In this document: piece after piece, positions 51,316 to 64,000 of the stretch
How the letters are laid out: every line of letters begins with the position of its first letter
Numbering within the stretch: position 1 is the stretch's first letter
From: Catajapyx aquilonaris
Lineage: Eukaryota
Direction: 5' to 3'
Length of the DNA: 64,000 bases
Assembly: GCA_000934665.2 (NCBI GenBank)
Contig: KZ538338.1
Coordinates: forward strand, 1-64,000
Program-made: the position numbers and the translations under genes
Notes under the pieces: generated by a model
Told to the model about the DNA's origin: nothing
The model's database searches: none
What the model saw: only the letters and a program-made list of their open reading frames with translations

Positions 51316-52006
51316 CCCCGTCACTACCAGCTAGGCCAAAAACGCCTAGTTTTCTGCTGATGCCTACTATGAAGATAAAGACAAGATATTTTACAAATGA
51401 TAACATATATGTTACCCATTCATGGAAAACACGTTATAAATGTGTTGGGAACAATTTTACTCATCTCGAAGTCCTTAAATTAATTTCCAAAAAGACCACC
51501 TTAAAAACTCGAAATTCGAGTACTACCAGCCAACTGTAAGGCTGATTTAATTATGAAACACACTAAAATATACGGAAGAGCAACCTTGAGAACTCTGCCA
51601 GATGAATTTCCTGAAATCGTGGTATTTGGGGGGAAATAAATTATTGCTTATGGCTTTTATGACTTTTTGGCTTTTTGACACTTCGCGAGAAGTACGTCAA
51701 TTTGGATCATTTATTTCTCGCAAAATACGCCGATTTCAGCAAATTCATCTGGCACGGTTCTCAAGGTTGCAGCTCCATATATTTTAGCATATTTCATAAT
51801 CAAATCAGCCTAACAGTTGACCGGTAGTACTCGAATTGGAAATTAATTTAGGGACTTCTAGAGGAGTAAAATTATTCGCAATACATTAATAGTGTTTTCC
51901 ATGAATGGGTAAATATAGCTGTTATTTGTAAAAGATCTTGTCTTTATCTTCCGAGTAGGCATAAGCGGAAAACTAGGCATTTTTGGCCCAGCTGGTAGCG
52001 AAAGGG
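51316..52006. mobile_element. piggyBac-like foldback element with ~290-bp imperfect TIRs
   Basis: TTAA TSD and CCC/GGG termini. The long arms (~51316-51612 and ~51738-52006) are reverse complements with indels. Confidence 0.85.
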
Positions 52007-53190
52007 TTAATGGGCTTGTGAAATTATGTGGAAAGTTTTCCATTGTGGGAAAAAGTTAATGCATTTGTCAAAATCTTGCTCCATGCATGCATTTACACCA
52101 TACTTTTCTCAATGGCATGAAATGTGACACCCCCAACAAGGGTCACGGTTGCAGCCTTGACTAATCACCAGAAACAATGAAACAACGTGCTCTCCTCCTT
52201 ATTCAACCCTTCCCCTGCAATACAGCAGGTGCCTATTTTAATCATGATAACTTAAAAATTTAATTGCAGTTTACTATCTTAGTTAACAGAAGGCATCTTA
52301 TTTCATTTTCTATATTGCACTGGCACTAAAATTTAGATTAAATTCAAGAAGATACCCAGAATACTGTTGAACCTAAAATTGCAGATCGAAAAAAAGTTTC
52401 ATTTTCACTTTGACCAGTAAAGCCTGCAATTTGTCACAAATAATGGATTCCAGGGTCATTTTATAGGCCAAGAAAAGCACAGATTACTGCCCTGTATAAC
52501 ATGACCTTCTAAATCATAGTATAAAGCAAATTCCCTACATTTTCCCTGGCCCCTTGTTCCCACTAATAAAAAATAACTCAATATCCTTATGGCAGTTCCC
52601 CTAGATTTAAAGCTTCTACCTAGGAGGTTCCTCGTTGTTACTGACAATATATTTCTGATGACCCTGTGTAAGAAAGGTTGCACAGTAGTGGAAAATTCCT
52701 ATGACTCACTGTCCTTAGCAATCAACTTGACAATAGTTACTGTCACACAAATATCAATAAGCATTTTCAGGAACTTGTAGGCCTACATATCAATATTGCT
52801 CTATGAATATAGGTCCTACCTTAAATAATGAAGTAGACATTGTCAGTGACTAAGGAAATAAGAATAAAGCTACATTCCTCGTATTACATTGCTCGGTGTT
52901 TACAATGAGCACATTTCGGGTCTGTAGTGTGCACATGGCTGAACATGAATAATAATAAGTCAGATATGTCTCTGCTCTAGTAATTGGGTACTGAAATAAT
53001 GAAGAAATGGAGACATAGTCACATATGACATGCCATGTAACTGAAGTCCTGTCAAGTTCAGTCCTCAAGAGATAAATGGGTCTCCTGTCTCCTCTCGCTA
53101 TAAAAATCCAGCAGAAGCAGAAGAGTAGGATAACTTTGAGTTTTTAAAAGTTATTCTTTCTATAAGGCCCAGACCTGTCACAAGGTACAC

Positions 53191-53590
53191 TGTTGTTGTT
53201 GTTGTTGTTGTTGTTGCTGTTGTTGTTAATTATTTAGTGTACCCTGTGATGACCCTTATGGGTTCTACAGGGAGATGGCACACCATCATCAGTCTTTTAT
53301 ATAGTTTTCTTCAATTTCCAGTGCAAGGAATCAAGGACATGGCGTAAGCATAGGGATTGGGTGGGTTGGTGGGGGGGNGGGGGGGGGGGTGTGAGAGAGA
53401 GATGGACATTGGTGCAAGTGCAATGTCTGAAAAGGGGTCATGTGTTGTTCCCCAGGAGGTTAGGTTGCCAGACACCTCCAAGGCAGGGGGTCAGAGGATG
53501 CAGGTAAAATGGAACTCCCAGGCGGGGATTGAACCTGGGACCTTTCACTCAGCAAGCCGACACATTACCAACTCGGCCACCGCACATCCC
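53191..53590 (-). mobile_element. tRNA-derived SINE family D, copy 1
   Basis: Minus-strand A box TGGCCGAGTTGG, B box GGTTCAATCCC, (CAA)n tail. Homologous to 55040-55308. Adjacent (ATT)n microsatellite at 53591-53663. Confidence 0.75.
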
Positions 53591-53603
53591 ATTATTATTA
53601 TTA

Positions 53604-53665
<62 letters not shown>

Positions 53666-53963
53666 TTTGGCAGGTGAATGCAGTCACAGTAAACATTTGC
53701 TTTCAAGACCATTTATTCTGCAAGAATGTTAGGTTGTTGTCCTACTAATGACAGGTGAGACTATTACCACTCCCTTGGATGAGTTTGTTATAAGTGAGAC
53801 TGTACGTAACTGCTCATATATGGGCATGTCTCTGTGACTGCACATCAACATGTGCATGTAGCCTTGCCAGATCAACCTCAGTGCTATCTGACGCCACATC
53901 CCTAGATTTCTAGAGATGCCATCACACATAGAGACTTGTCAGTGTCTAAATCGGTCTAAAGAT

Positions 53964-54311
53964 GAAGACCTCGGGGGACGAACAATCAAGGTCCACCTCA
54001 CGTGAAACAGATATTGCAATTTCAAATGTCGAAGGCCCATTCTAAACCCCACTTTCGGGGTCTTTCATAGTGACAGATTGGGTGGAATTTTCATCGTACT
54101 ACTAGTTACTCCTAACTTAGCAGTACCATTGCATTACACTGGTACTGCTAAGTTAAAAGTAACTAGTAGTACGACGAAAATTCCACCCATTTTCATTACT
54201 CCACAACGATGACCAAACCATCACATTCTACACAAGTGAAACTATCTCCTGAGATATGCAACTCATTTTTGACAAAAAGTGGACCTTGATCGTTCTTCCC
54301 CCGAGGTCTTC
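53964..54311. mobile_element. GAAGACCT-terminus MITE family, copy 3, with a nested ~110-bp palindromic insert
   Basis: Colinear with 48644-48892 except for an inserted hairpin TGGGTGGAATTTTC..GAAAATTCCACCCA (~54079-54189). Confidence 0.8.
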
Positions 54312-55039
54312 ACATACACACAGCCCTACAAGGTGTATCCCAATTTAAATAAATAAATGGGAGCACCTAAAGTGACAGGACATGAGGTAGTGACTTGACA
54401 GGCACAGCTTGAGACACGCATGTTGGCTACTAACATGGTCCCTGTGGAGCAGGCAGGCAGACAGCAGGGTGGTCCAGCTGGACATCAGGGGCGGCAGTGT
54501 GGCCCGTCCCTAAACCGGTACGGCCCCCGAGAGTAGGGCGCCGGGACCCAGTGGAAAGAACTAGGCCTAGCCAGTTTTTCCCCCCCTGCACCCCGCCTTC
54601 CTTCCTTCCTTCCTTCCACTAACTCACTCCCTTTCCTTCGCTTGCTTGGATCCCCCAGCAGAAGAAGTAGGCTGTCCTCAAACCGAAGCAACTGGCCCTG
54701 AATACCAATCGGGCGGAAAAGGAGACCGAGCACAGGACACACTCGAATCCTCCCTGGGGAGGGGGGCAGGGGGAAAGGGCCACACGTCGTCAGGAGGGGA
54801 CCGGGTCGGTTGAACCACGGCAAATGTGCGCAAAAAAAAGTGCAGTGAGCCGAACCACACGACGGGTCCACATCGGACACACTCAGGGAGAAAATGATGC
54901 TCGTGGTTCCGGTGGAGGGCGCCAGGGGGGGACAGGCGGGTCTTCGGGTGCACGCCCACAGATGGCTCTCGGATGGACTGCAGTTCACTACAAGGACGTA
55001 CGGTACCGTATTGCTTGTGGACCTATGGCGATGCTGGGA

Positions 55040-55308
55040 TTTCTCTACAATACCAGACAATGCACACTGTACTCCCGACAAGGACAATGGGTCAGGATAG
55101 GGTTTGTTTGGGTGGGAACGTAGGTGCAAGTGCGATACTGACCGACAAATGTGCTGTTTTCTCAGGAGGTTAGGTTGCCAGACACCTCTAAGGTGCTGAT
55201 CAGAGAGAGAGGCGCAGGCGAAAGGGAACTCCCAGGCGGGGATTGAACCTGGACCTTCCATCACTCAGCAAGCAGAGACGTTACCATCTCAACCACCACA
55301 TATCCCCC
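55040..55308 (-). mobile_element. tRNA-derived SINE family D, copy 2
   Basis: Shares GGAACTCCCAGGCGGGGATTGAACCTGG and AGGAGGTTAGGTTGCCAGACACCTC with copy 1. Confidence 0.75.
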
Positions 55309-55744
55309 ACTACACACACTGCACTAATGATCATGTGAATAGCTCATTTATACAGTTTCTAGGACCACTTGTGGATTATTATCAGTGTTTCTGGGCATGC
55401 CTGCGCAATCATTAACATGGGTATCGGGAGTACAGTGCACCTTCCTAGTACCACATGCTGTCTCTGAAAGAATGACGCACCATAGGGAACTTTTGAGCAA
55501 CTACAAACCACGGCAAGTAAATAAAAAATGTTTTTAATACACACTGCCTATAAACAAACCAACAGGAGATCAAAACCTTTTCTGAGAGGTACAAAAGAAA
55601 CATGGCAATAAATTAAAAAATCTCATGACTGTACAAAAAGCTGCCCATGAATGTAACCCCAAAGGTACAAAAACTGGCAGTGTAATAGATATGGCAACCA
55701 CTGTAAAGAGATTGGAAGAAGACATGTAACACGCACACGTATAT

Positions 55745-58700
55745 TCACACACAAGTCTCCTTATTGGTCCAACCAGGAGATGCGTCTCCATCACCCCCAC
55801 CCCCACCTGCCACGACCCTTCCCCCTCCCCCCTTCCTCCGAGGTCTGTGGTGTTGTTGGTGACTGTGACCTCTGCGGTGACCTCTGTAGAGTTGTCCCCC
55901 GATTGGGGGTACGTCAGTCTCAGAAGCCCCATCTGACGCTGGGTGGTTGTGCCTGTGTTGATGGTGGTGGTGGTGACTGGGCGACTCTCCTTCAGAGTGA
56001 CGTTCTGAGCGAAGCCTCTGCTTCTCGAAAAACCGGCGAGCAATTCCTGATTGGTAAGGGTTGTAGAAGGACTCAGGGACGGACTCACAAGACAGATAGC
56101 CATTGCTAGCTTCCAGTAGTTGTGGCTGAGGAAGAGGAGCCTCTGATTTATCATCGTCTGCATCTGTAGTGGTGTGTGATGGCAATGCTGGTAATGGTGG
56201 TGCTTGCTTCTGTGGTGCTACAACTGGAAAAAATCAAGGATAAGCTATATTCATCCTTTCTAATGTCCTTGCAAAATATTTGCATTGTCAAAATATAATA
56301 ATTTGGTCTTATCTTACAATTCCTCTGCTAAACAATAACACTTACCCATCTCAACACCATCTGGAGTATCTGGCTGGGTGAGTAGTGTCCTGAATGTTTC
56401 ATCTCCACCCTCCTCCCTCCTGCCAGACCTTCCTCTGCACAGCCTGGACATTGCTTTCCTAATGTCCTTCCTCATGCAGCACCAGGCAGCCACCACCCAA
56501 CCTCCAAGAAATCCAGATGTTACGCAGAACACCACAGGGAACAAATCAGCTAAGTCACGCCATGACGGAACCAATAAAGCAGATGGACACACTGATGCCA
56601 CTCCACTCAGCCATGCTACCCAAAAAAGAACTGCTTGTATTTCAAGCGCCTTCAGGCACCATGTTGGGGTCTTGGTCATATCTGGTACTAAGCTTGAAGT
56701 GGATGAGCGCAAAGAGGTGCTGTCTGGACTCCACGTTGATCCTGAATTAAGCATTTTTTGAACATTTATGGCTCGATGTGCCAAACCTGCATGTAGGCAT
56801 GTCAACAGGCAAAGTATAGCTAATGGGAGCCACACAGCACCAGGCCACACTGATGGACGTAAGAAGCAGAAAGTTCCAGACGAGTACTCGGGTAAATGAA
56901 CAGCTCCAGTTAAGCCAACTGCCAACAATCCAGGTCCCCATCCAAGCAAGTAGAGCTGCACTAATCGTTGCATGCGTCCAGGTTTTGGTCCCAATCCAAT
57001 GTCATCTTCATCTGGTGTCACATTGCCAAGGCGCTTTCGGTTTTCGCGTGAAACTTTACCCTTCAAGCAGTGTATTGCAAGCAATATCCACAGCAGGCTA
57101 CATAATGTAAGGTAATGCAGAGCAAGACCTAACAGCCCGCAGGGTAAGCGCTGTTGTACTGGAACAGTCCCAAAGCAAAATGCAGTCTGAAGAACAGTAA
57201 TGGACAGCCATCCATTAATTAAGGCATGCCGTAAGCGTCTTGAGAGTCCAGATGATTTCCAAGCCCATATCTGGGTCAATATGGCTGTCACAAGCAACGT
57301 TGCACACATGGCACTTCCAACATATACACCTGGATGTAATACTACTGGCATTGCTGTCATGTTTGGTTTGCTAACCAAGACTGGTGCAAGCACAGTATAA
57401 TATCCAAGCTTCCAACATTGAAACTGTACACGAGTTGGTGCCACATCTATAAGCCTGCATCGGCTTTGCTCACCAGTCACCCAACCAGCATGTGAATCCC
57501 ATCTAGCAACTTCTTTGGCAGCACCATTAGTCCGCAGTGTCACCAATACGCCATCTTTGAGGTCCACATCAGCACCAGTGGAGCAGCCAACTACACCTGA
57601 TACACGATGAGTCCCATCTGGCAATCCCGGAAAGAGCGCACCATCTGCAAAAGCAGCCAGCACCAACTTGGCATCTTCTGGAATTAGTGCTGGAATGCGT
57701 TCTGGTGCAATTCGTTCCACAACATGTTCTAATACCACTCGATCTGAAACTTGTTCGGATGGAAGTCCTTTAGAAGAGAGTTCTTTGGAAATAGGCTCAG
57801 TAAGAACCTTAGCTAAATTGTGGCTTGGTACAACAGCTGGAACCCTTATCCATGCCTCAACTTGTTCATTAGCAGCCAATGACGGCACCCCTCTCAGCAT
57901 CTCGGAAGTACAGTGAAACAATCGATCTGGAACACGTGCTGGTGGAAGTGACAGCCAAACACATGAAACAGCCACCCCACCATTTACAACATCCAAAACC
58001 AGTTGGGATCCATGATGCTTAAAACTTGGTATAGCCTTTGCAACTATCTCAGCTGTAGAAATGAGTCGTGAACAAGCATTATCTTGAAGCTGTGCTTTCT
58101 TCAGATCCAACTCCATAACAGATGTTGACAGCTGCTCAAGCAGGTCTGTAATTGCAGCTGCAACTGCTTCCTCTTCTGGGCCACCACTGCCAGTGAGGGC
58201 AGTTGCCAGGCGTAAGCCTGCCCTTGATGCAAGAGCCAATTCTTCCCAACCATGCAAGTCACTGGATGCATCATGAAGCTGACGTGCAGCAGCACCAAGG
58301 AGACTGGGACTCACATGTCCAGGACTATGGAGGTTAAAAGATCAAAACAGTTAGTAAAACAACTGACATGATTCATGCGAAAGCAACAAGACAATGAAGT
58401 TATTGTCCTGAAATTACCTTTCAGTATGTGCCTGAGCCATCTGATGCAATAGCCTAGCTGTTTCCCTTTCATATGCGCAGTCCTCCATCATGGGTGCTTC
58501 CCAATTCCCCATTCCAGAACACTGTCTGGAAGCCCAGGATGGCTGTCCACCTCTCACGGAACTCTGTACTTGGCATGGAAGTTTTGCCTGAACTCCTCCA
58601 ACAACTTCAGGCCATTCATAGTGACCTCTGCCACCACTTGTACTGCTTCTCATGCAGTAAGGCACATCTGGGCTGAGCACCACTAGAGACACTTGTCGGC

Positions 58701-60424
58701 TGGTATTCCCACGACTTGAACTTGCGACACACATCCATTCACCACTGTGGCTGGAATCCAGCACACGTATGATCAAACTTGTCAGCGATTCATCTGAGTT
58801 TCTCTTGGCCTCAACTGTAACTTGACTCATCCCTGACACTTGCTCTAGTGGTGCTTCAGGTGATTTTCTCCATCCCCAAGTGACCCCAACATCATCTTCA
58901 GTTGACACTTTGCAGGAAATTCTTAAAGAGTCACCAGCAAATACAACTTGTGTTCCGGATGGCCGCAATTGGAACACTGGAAGCTGCAATGGCCAGCGAC
59001 AATGGAGTGTGTCTGATTGTAGGCGCTTCAGAGAAGTACCAGCTAAGGGCAGGGGCAGTTCACAGCGCCCTCGAGGAGAGAGCTCTCCACGTACCAACCA
59101 AGCAAGCTCACAGTCACATATCAAGGGGTTGTTGCTTAGATCTCTGTAATAAAATGCCACACCAACTGTGAATTTCTCATATTTGGTCCATCAATCGATA
59201 TGATTCTAGACATTCTTGAATGGACCTTGAGCGGCCACAAGGCACTTCAGGATTGAATGACCTCAGAGTGAACTCAACATGTTCTGTTCTACCATGTGCA
59301 CTACCCTTATGAGTAATGAAAAAGAAAACTTATATAATGGATTCTTGGTGATGGAAAATTCCACCACCAGTTAAAATGCAATTTCATTAATGAGAAAGGA
59401 AATAATTTCATATTAAGCTCACTTACAATGCTTGCAGGGCTACAAGTGGTGCAAACGTTGCCTCTTCCAAGCGGCTCAGACGATTGTGAGTCAATTTACT
59501 AAATGGGAAATAAATATTACTAATTGGAGAAAATACTGCAGAAATGTCCTAAAATTACTTACAGTCGTTGTAGATGTGTCAAGCCTGCCCAAGTCTGGTT
59601 GCTCAACACACTCAGGTGATTTCCAGAGAGGTCCCTGTCATATGCAATATTGTGTATTAGAGCAAATACTCATGCAATTGACTCATTACAACTTACAAGT
59701 GATGAAGGTTTCCCAATGCAGTCAAAGCACTACCTTCTATGTGACTCAGATTGTTGTTGGCCAAAACTCTGAAAAGATTACACATATAATTACCCTTTCT
59801 GCAATTGGAATATATGCATGTGATGCACTCACAATTTCTGTAACTTTGGCAGAAAATCCAGTTGGCCTTTCTTCAGTGTTGTTAGCTCATTGCCAGACAA
59901 ATCCCTGAAACAATTATTATTATTATTATCATCATCCATGTGATGTAGGTGACAAGACCCATCAGGACCAATGATTTGATACTATGAAAATTACTGTTAT
60001 GGCTAATTGTATAAATTGGAAAATGACATATTATGCATCTGCTTCATAAGAAGATTTTCCTCTCGATATGTGTTCAACAACTGGGCCTTAGTGAACCCAA
60101 ACCATCAGTATGTTACCATGCAAATATTTCATGCCTTTCTGCTACACCTTGGCACAAACATGAAATAACAACTTACAGAAGAATAGTGTCATTTGGGAAC
60201 TGAGTCTGGTTGAGCACTGCAATATCCTTCAGTGGTGAGATGTCTGGTGGGCACCTGACTCTCACTCCTGAGTCACCCCCACGAATTTTCACTGCAGAGC
60301 AGCCACACTGCTGTGGACACTGTGGAGATGAATACGCCTCCTGCTGGTCAGCCCACACTAGGGCCAGGAGGAGGAGAAGCAACCACCATGTGTAGTGGTG
60401 CAGGGCGGGAGTGGACCGGCTCAT
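55745..60424 (-). CDS. ADGRA3: adhesion GPCR subfamily A (ADGRA2/3, GPR124/125-like), ~1239 aa, 8 coding exons
   Basis: Exons 60424-60177 (signal peptide, LRRNT), four 72-nt phase-2 LRR exons (59904-59833, 59768-59697, 59634-59563, 59498-59427), 59143-58418 (LRRCT NPLICDC, Ig, HRM), 58324-56346 (GAIN, 7TM with LHYLTLCSLLW and YLLGWG), 56223-55745 ending in the PDZ ligand ETCV. Confidence 0.92.
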
Positions 60425-60526
60425 TATGCAGCCTCCTCCAAACCTATACGAACAAAACCATGAATTTTTATTACAACTATTCACACTAATGTACAAAAAA
60501 TTGCAACAATGAAGAACTAAACCTAA

Positions 60527-60721
60527 AGCCAGGTTTACATGTGAGCGATTTGACGAGTGAATTCTTCGCTGAGCGATAACATCGCTGAGTAACCAGTATT
60601 GTTTTAGGCGAAAATCGATTGTTACTTTCACCTCAAACAATATTGGTTACTTGGGTTACTCAGCTATGTTACCTTTCAGCAAAGACTTTGCTCGTCAAAT
60701 CACTCACATGTAAACGCAGCT
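60527..60721. mobile_element. PIF/Harbinger-like MITE
   Basis: AGCCAGGTTTACATGTGAGCGATTTGACGAG / CTCGTCAAATCACTCACATGTAAACGCAGCT, with TAA/TTA flanks. Confidence 0.75.
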
Positions 60722-61379
60722 TTAGTTTCCTATGGCAGTGTCTTTTATTACAAATGTTACAGTCACATGTGCCAGACTGTTCTCTTGACATTTCTAGTTA
60801 GTAGCATGTGGTAGCATGTATCCCAGTCAAATGTAAAGTGAAAAATATGAACATAATGAAAAAATAAACACATGTAACAATAGGCTAAACTAAACAGGTG
60901 TTTTATTCGTTTTGCTGGTGTTTAGAGTCCGATCAAGCCTGTGTTTGATAACTATTTCACAGCATGTTTTTAGAGAGCCTTGAAGAACATGTTTTACGTA
61001 ACTCAGCAATGGATTTTTTAAAGAACTGTGGTACGGCAAGGAATGGTCTGGGCACTTGTCAATGGTCACCCTACCTCCAAGTATCCAGACTATTTCTGTG
61101 CTGATATAGTACATGCTCTATTTCAGGTCAATTTCCACTACGGATCATTCAAGGCAAAAATGAATACTTGCCATGACACCAAATTTTGGCCCACCAAGTG
61201 AACCGCTATGAATCTTTGACAACACACTTTTAGCTCCAGAACATGCACCTGATCTCTGAGCTCATGGCATTAGGTTCAGAACCTCTCCGAGATCAGCATT
61301 CGAGATAAGCTGCATCGGTTGCCGTTTACGTTACTGTTCCTTTTCAGAGAGAGCAAGAGATGGGCATCATGCCAATGGA

Positions 61380-61730
61380 AACCTCTCACTCTGTCACTCT
61401 TCCGTCGTCCTCCTCCCCGCCTCCTGCTGCAGCTGCGGTCCTTCTCCTCCCGCCTGCCTTCTCCCTCTTCCCGTCGGCGGAAGACTCATCTGCGGATCCA
61501 TAACCACCACTCCTTCCCTCGGCAGGGAAATGTCAACCCAAATGCCAACCTTCACTCTTTCGCTGTCAAATTAGCGGACATATTGGACGCCATTTTGCCT
61601 CGCCCGCACGCAGAACCAATCCTGGGAAATCCAACACCGAATTTGGCTCAACCTGCTGAACGAGAGAAGATCATTGGTTGTGGAAGGGGCACGGAGGCAG
61701 AGACTCGCTCTTCTCAGCCAATCACGTGTC
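61380..61730 (-). promoter_or_regulatory. candidate promoter / non-coding first exon of the ADGRA gene
   Basis: CpG-rich island with a YY1-like CGCCATTTTG (61588-61597), CCAAT boxes at 61616, ~61673 and ~61718, and an E-box CACGTG. Confidence 0.5.
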
Positions 61731-62576
61731 AGCATGCCAACTTCAGAGTTGAATTTCCTACCATAGGAATCCTAGAAACTCGCCCAGCCCCGAAAATGAA
61801 ATGTAATGATTTTTTCTAGTTATCACTGGCAATGTCATTCGTGACACTTAGTTTGTAGGATAATTTAATAAATAGAAGTACATGTTTTGCGACCGGAATA
61901 TTTTATTAGTAGAATCGCTTTTCTTGTCAGTAGTTGCGATGCGCGCGCACAAACCGCGGGAAAGTCGATGGCCTTTCTGTGCCTTTCTCATATGTATATA
62001 CAGTACACTACAGTATATTTTCCAAACACCGAGAGATTTTCTCATCTGCATGACTAATGCAATAGCATGGTCTGACTGGCTGCTAGTAGTCTGCTACCCA
62101 TAATTGCTTCTCAAGGTATGGTCTCACTCGGTCTCACTAGTACAGTGGGCCAAAAAATTATGCAGAATTGCACGTGAACCTCGTGCTGCTAACCTCGGAT
62201 GACTGGTTTTCTGCTTCACAAGGATATGTATTTTCTGTTCTGATTAGCAGAAACAATTAAACAAAATAATGGTCCTTTGGGGAAGAATGTTAACCTCCCT
62301 CCAATGACAAGAACACACCCTGCAAACAAGGATTCATCCTTACATTATTGTAAACCACGACTTTCAAACACCTGCATTGTAGTATCCACAGGGCTCCTAA
62401 GTTTTCATGCACTGATATTTTATGAGTGTTTTGCTTATCAACTTGTGGTACGTATAAACCAATAATTATGAAATGTTGAGAAACTTTTTACCCACCCTCT
62501 AGAAGGATAATCCATTGATTAGTGGTTTTGAAAATCTCAAATCCAATGAGAATTAAAATTTTAATACACTTTTTAT

Positions 62577-63410
62577 TCAGTTTGTCTCCATTTTTGCTTC
62601 TGGGGCATTTTTATCTTTCATCAGCTTGTACTTGGAAAATTCTCCTTCCATTTGCTTGAAGCGATTGTACTTCTTTTTGAGTTGTGTTGTAGTCTCTTGA
62701 TAGTAGTTTCGTGGGTCCATAGACATGACCTAGGAATAAAAAATAAACAAATGTCATGAATTAAGCCTATTTCACAAGTGGACCTTTGTAATGTTAAGCT
62801 TTTTTTCACAACACTCGTTATGTCATTTTTCGCCGCCACATGGCAAATTGCAGCGACCGAGGCAAGATCTGGCTTGCTGGAAGCTTGTCGCTCTGCCGCT
62901 TACCCAGCAGAGACAAAAAAATTATGTCACAAGTGGTGTAAAAAAAACTTCGCTTTCTAATCGTGCATTACGAACGCTGCGATGCACATTGCTGAAATAG
63001 GCTTTATGCAACCTTTTCGGAGAGAAAGAAGCCCCACTGCTTATGAGTGGCAACAAAATACTCAGGAGAGAAAGCGGGTTTAAAACTTCTGCAATTTCAG
63101 ATTTACCTTAAAATTCGTCCCATGCTTGAGCAGCAAAGGAACCAAATTGGAAATCTGCTCCTTTGTAAGTGATAAGTGCTTCTTAAATGAATCTTTCCTG
63201 GTAGCTGCAACCTCTTCCAAGCGCTTAACGACTTCAGAACTAACTGAGGATACTTCTGGGCTGCTCTGGTCCACATTCATTTTCTTTGGTCGCATGAGAT
63301 CTCTTGCAGTTGGGATGGGAATGGCCATGTTTGGATCATAGGCAAGGCCCATGGACTTCATGTTAGTTCGGATGGATTTCTTGGGGTCCCATGCTTTACT
63401 CACTGCCTCA
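62577..63410 (-). CDS. NOP16: nucleolar protein 16, last two coding exons (5' part missing)
   Basis: Exons 63410-63107 (KAWDPKKSIRTNMKSMGLAYDPNMAIP..KHGTNFK) and 62729-62577 (VMSMDPRNYYQETTTQLKKK). AATAAA overlaps the TGA stop. Confidence 0.9.
62763..63005. mobile_element. short-TIR MITE in the NOP16 intron
   Basis: AAGCCTATTTCA ... TGAAATAGGCTT inverted termini in a TTAA/TTTA context, with repeated TCACAAGTGG. Confidence 0.5.
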
Positions 63411-63763
63411 CTGCAAGAGAAATTGGTCTGATTATTCAAATATGCATGGTCCGGATCTGAAATCTGGTGCAACAGATCTGAGAACTGAACAAATGTTTTG
63501 GCCTGCAGTAGGCCACTGATCCTACTCAGGACCCCAGAAACCCTAAGCCCCAAAGCAAACACTCACAGTTCGGGCAACTCCTTTCTTTTATTCTTCCACG
63601 AGCTCAGCAAATACACGTCCGTCCCCTTGGTCTCTTCTTGGCTCTCCCTTATTCCCCGACGCCTCTGCTAGGCGGCTCCCCACGCGACCACCAACTGCCA
63701 CTTTTCAGGGGAGCCAACCCAGGGAGGACGCGGGCCACACAAACACAACCCCCCCCCCCCCCC

Positions 63764-63827
63764 NNNNNNNNNNNNNNNNNNNNNNNNNNNNNNNNNNNNN
63801 NNNNNNNNNNNNNNNNNNNNNNNNNNN
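63764..63827. other. assembly gap (N run)
   Basis: 64 Ns following a poly-C tract. Confidence 0.99.
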
Positions 63828-64000
63828 CTCAAATTTAACATATTCCCATGTACACAGACAAGAAAGAAGAAGAAAAAAAAAAAAATACAAAAAGGCAAAT
63901 ACAAAATACAAAAAAACTAAAATCCGCTTGTGAGACACTAGGGCAATGTAGTGCGAGGGGGGGGGGACAAACCAAAGGGGAAAAGGGGGGAGGGATCGAA

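Noticed and set aside
54485..55264. 259-aa minus-strand ORF
   Set aside because: It starts inside a SINE and runs through a GC-rich segment likely to be the SLK promoter or 5' UTR exon. No domain recognised.
62885..63080. Sm-class snRNA, or pseudoknotted RNase P / telomerase RNA, in the NOP16 intron (AATTTTTTG plus hairpin)
   Set aside because: No U11/U12/U4atac, RNase P CR-I/CR-V or telomere-template motifs, and the long-range pairing is explained by MITE TIRs.
63411..63562. N-terminal 50 aa of the 160-aa NOP16 ORF
   Set aside because: Intronic read-through upstream of the acceptor at 63411. It does not resemble the basic NOP16 N-terminus, which likely lies beyond the gap or the window.

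Overview
Eukaryotic (arthropod, probably insect) genomic DNA that is intron-rich and gene-dense. It is not prokaryotic: most ORFs in the track are exon fragments, antisense shadows or microsatellite artefacts. Gene models built by hand from GT-AG splice sites and frame continuity, in order: (1) an unidentified spliced minus-strand gene fragment (~1.9-2.6 kb); (2) a 3-exon orphan NPY/PrRP-receptor-like GPCR; (3-4) a convergent pair of CPF-family cuticular proteins; (5) an ARL9/ARL10-like GTPase, head-to-head with (6) a gene resembling vertebrate KIAA1191/p33MONOX that the ORF track only partly shows; (7) PUF60/half pint, head-to-head with (8) HIGD2A; (9) SLK/STK10 (Slik) kinase; (10) an ADGRA-type adhesion GPCR; (11) the 3' part of NOP16, next to an assembly gap. 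Introns hold many non-autonomous DNA transposons (mariner relics; piggyBac-, hAT-, Harbinger- and Sola-like MITEs), tRNA-derived SINEs and perfect short hairpins. Two findings stand out. First, KIAA1191-like, ARL10-like, HIGD2A, NOP16 and SLK/STK10 mirror, from my recall of the human gene order, the 5q35 cluster, including the head-to-head KIAA1191/ARL10 pair, which suggests ancient bilaterian microsynteny. Second, PUF60 has a candidate in-frame 87-nt cassette exon that duplicates the start of RRM2. All homology calls come from recognising motifs, not from database searches.
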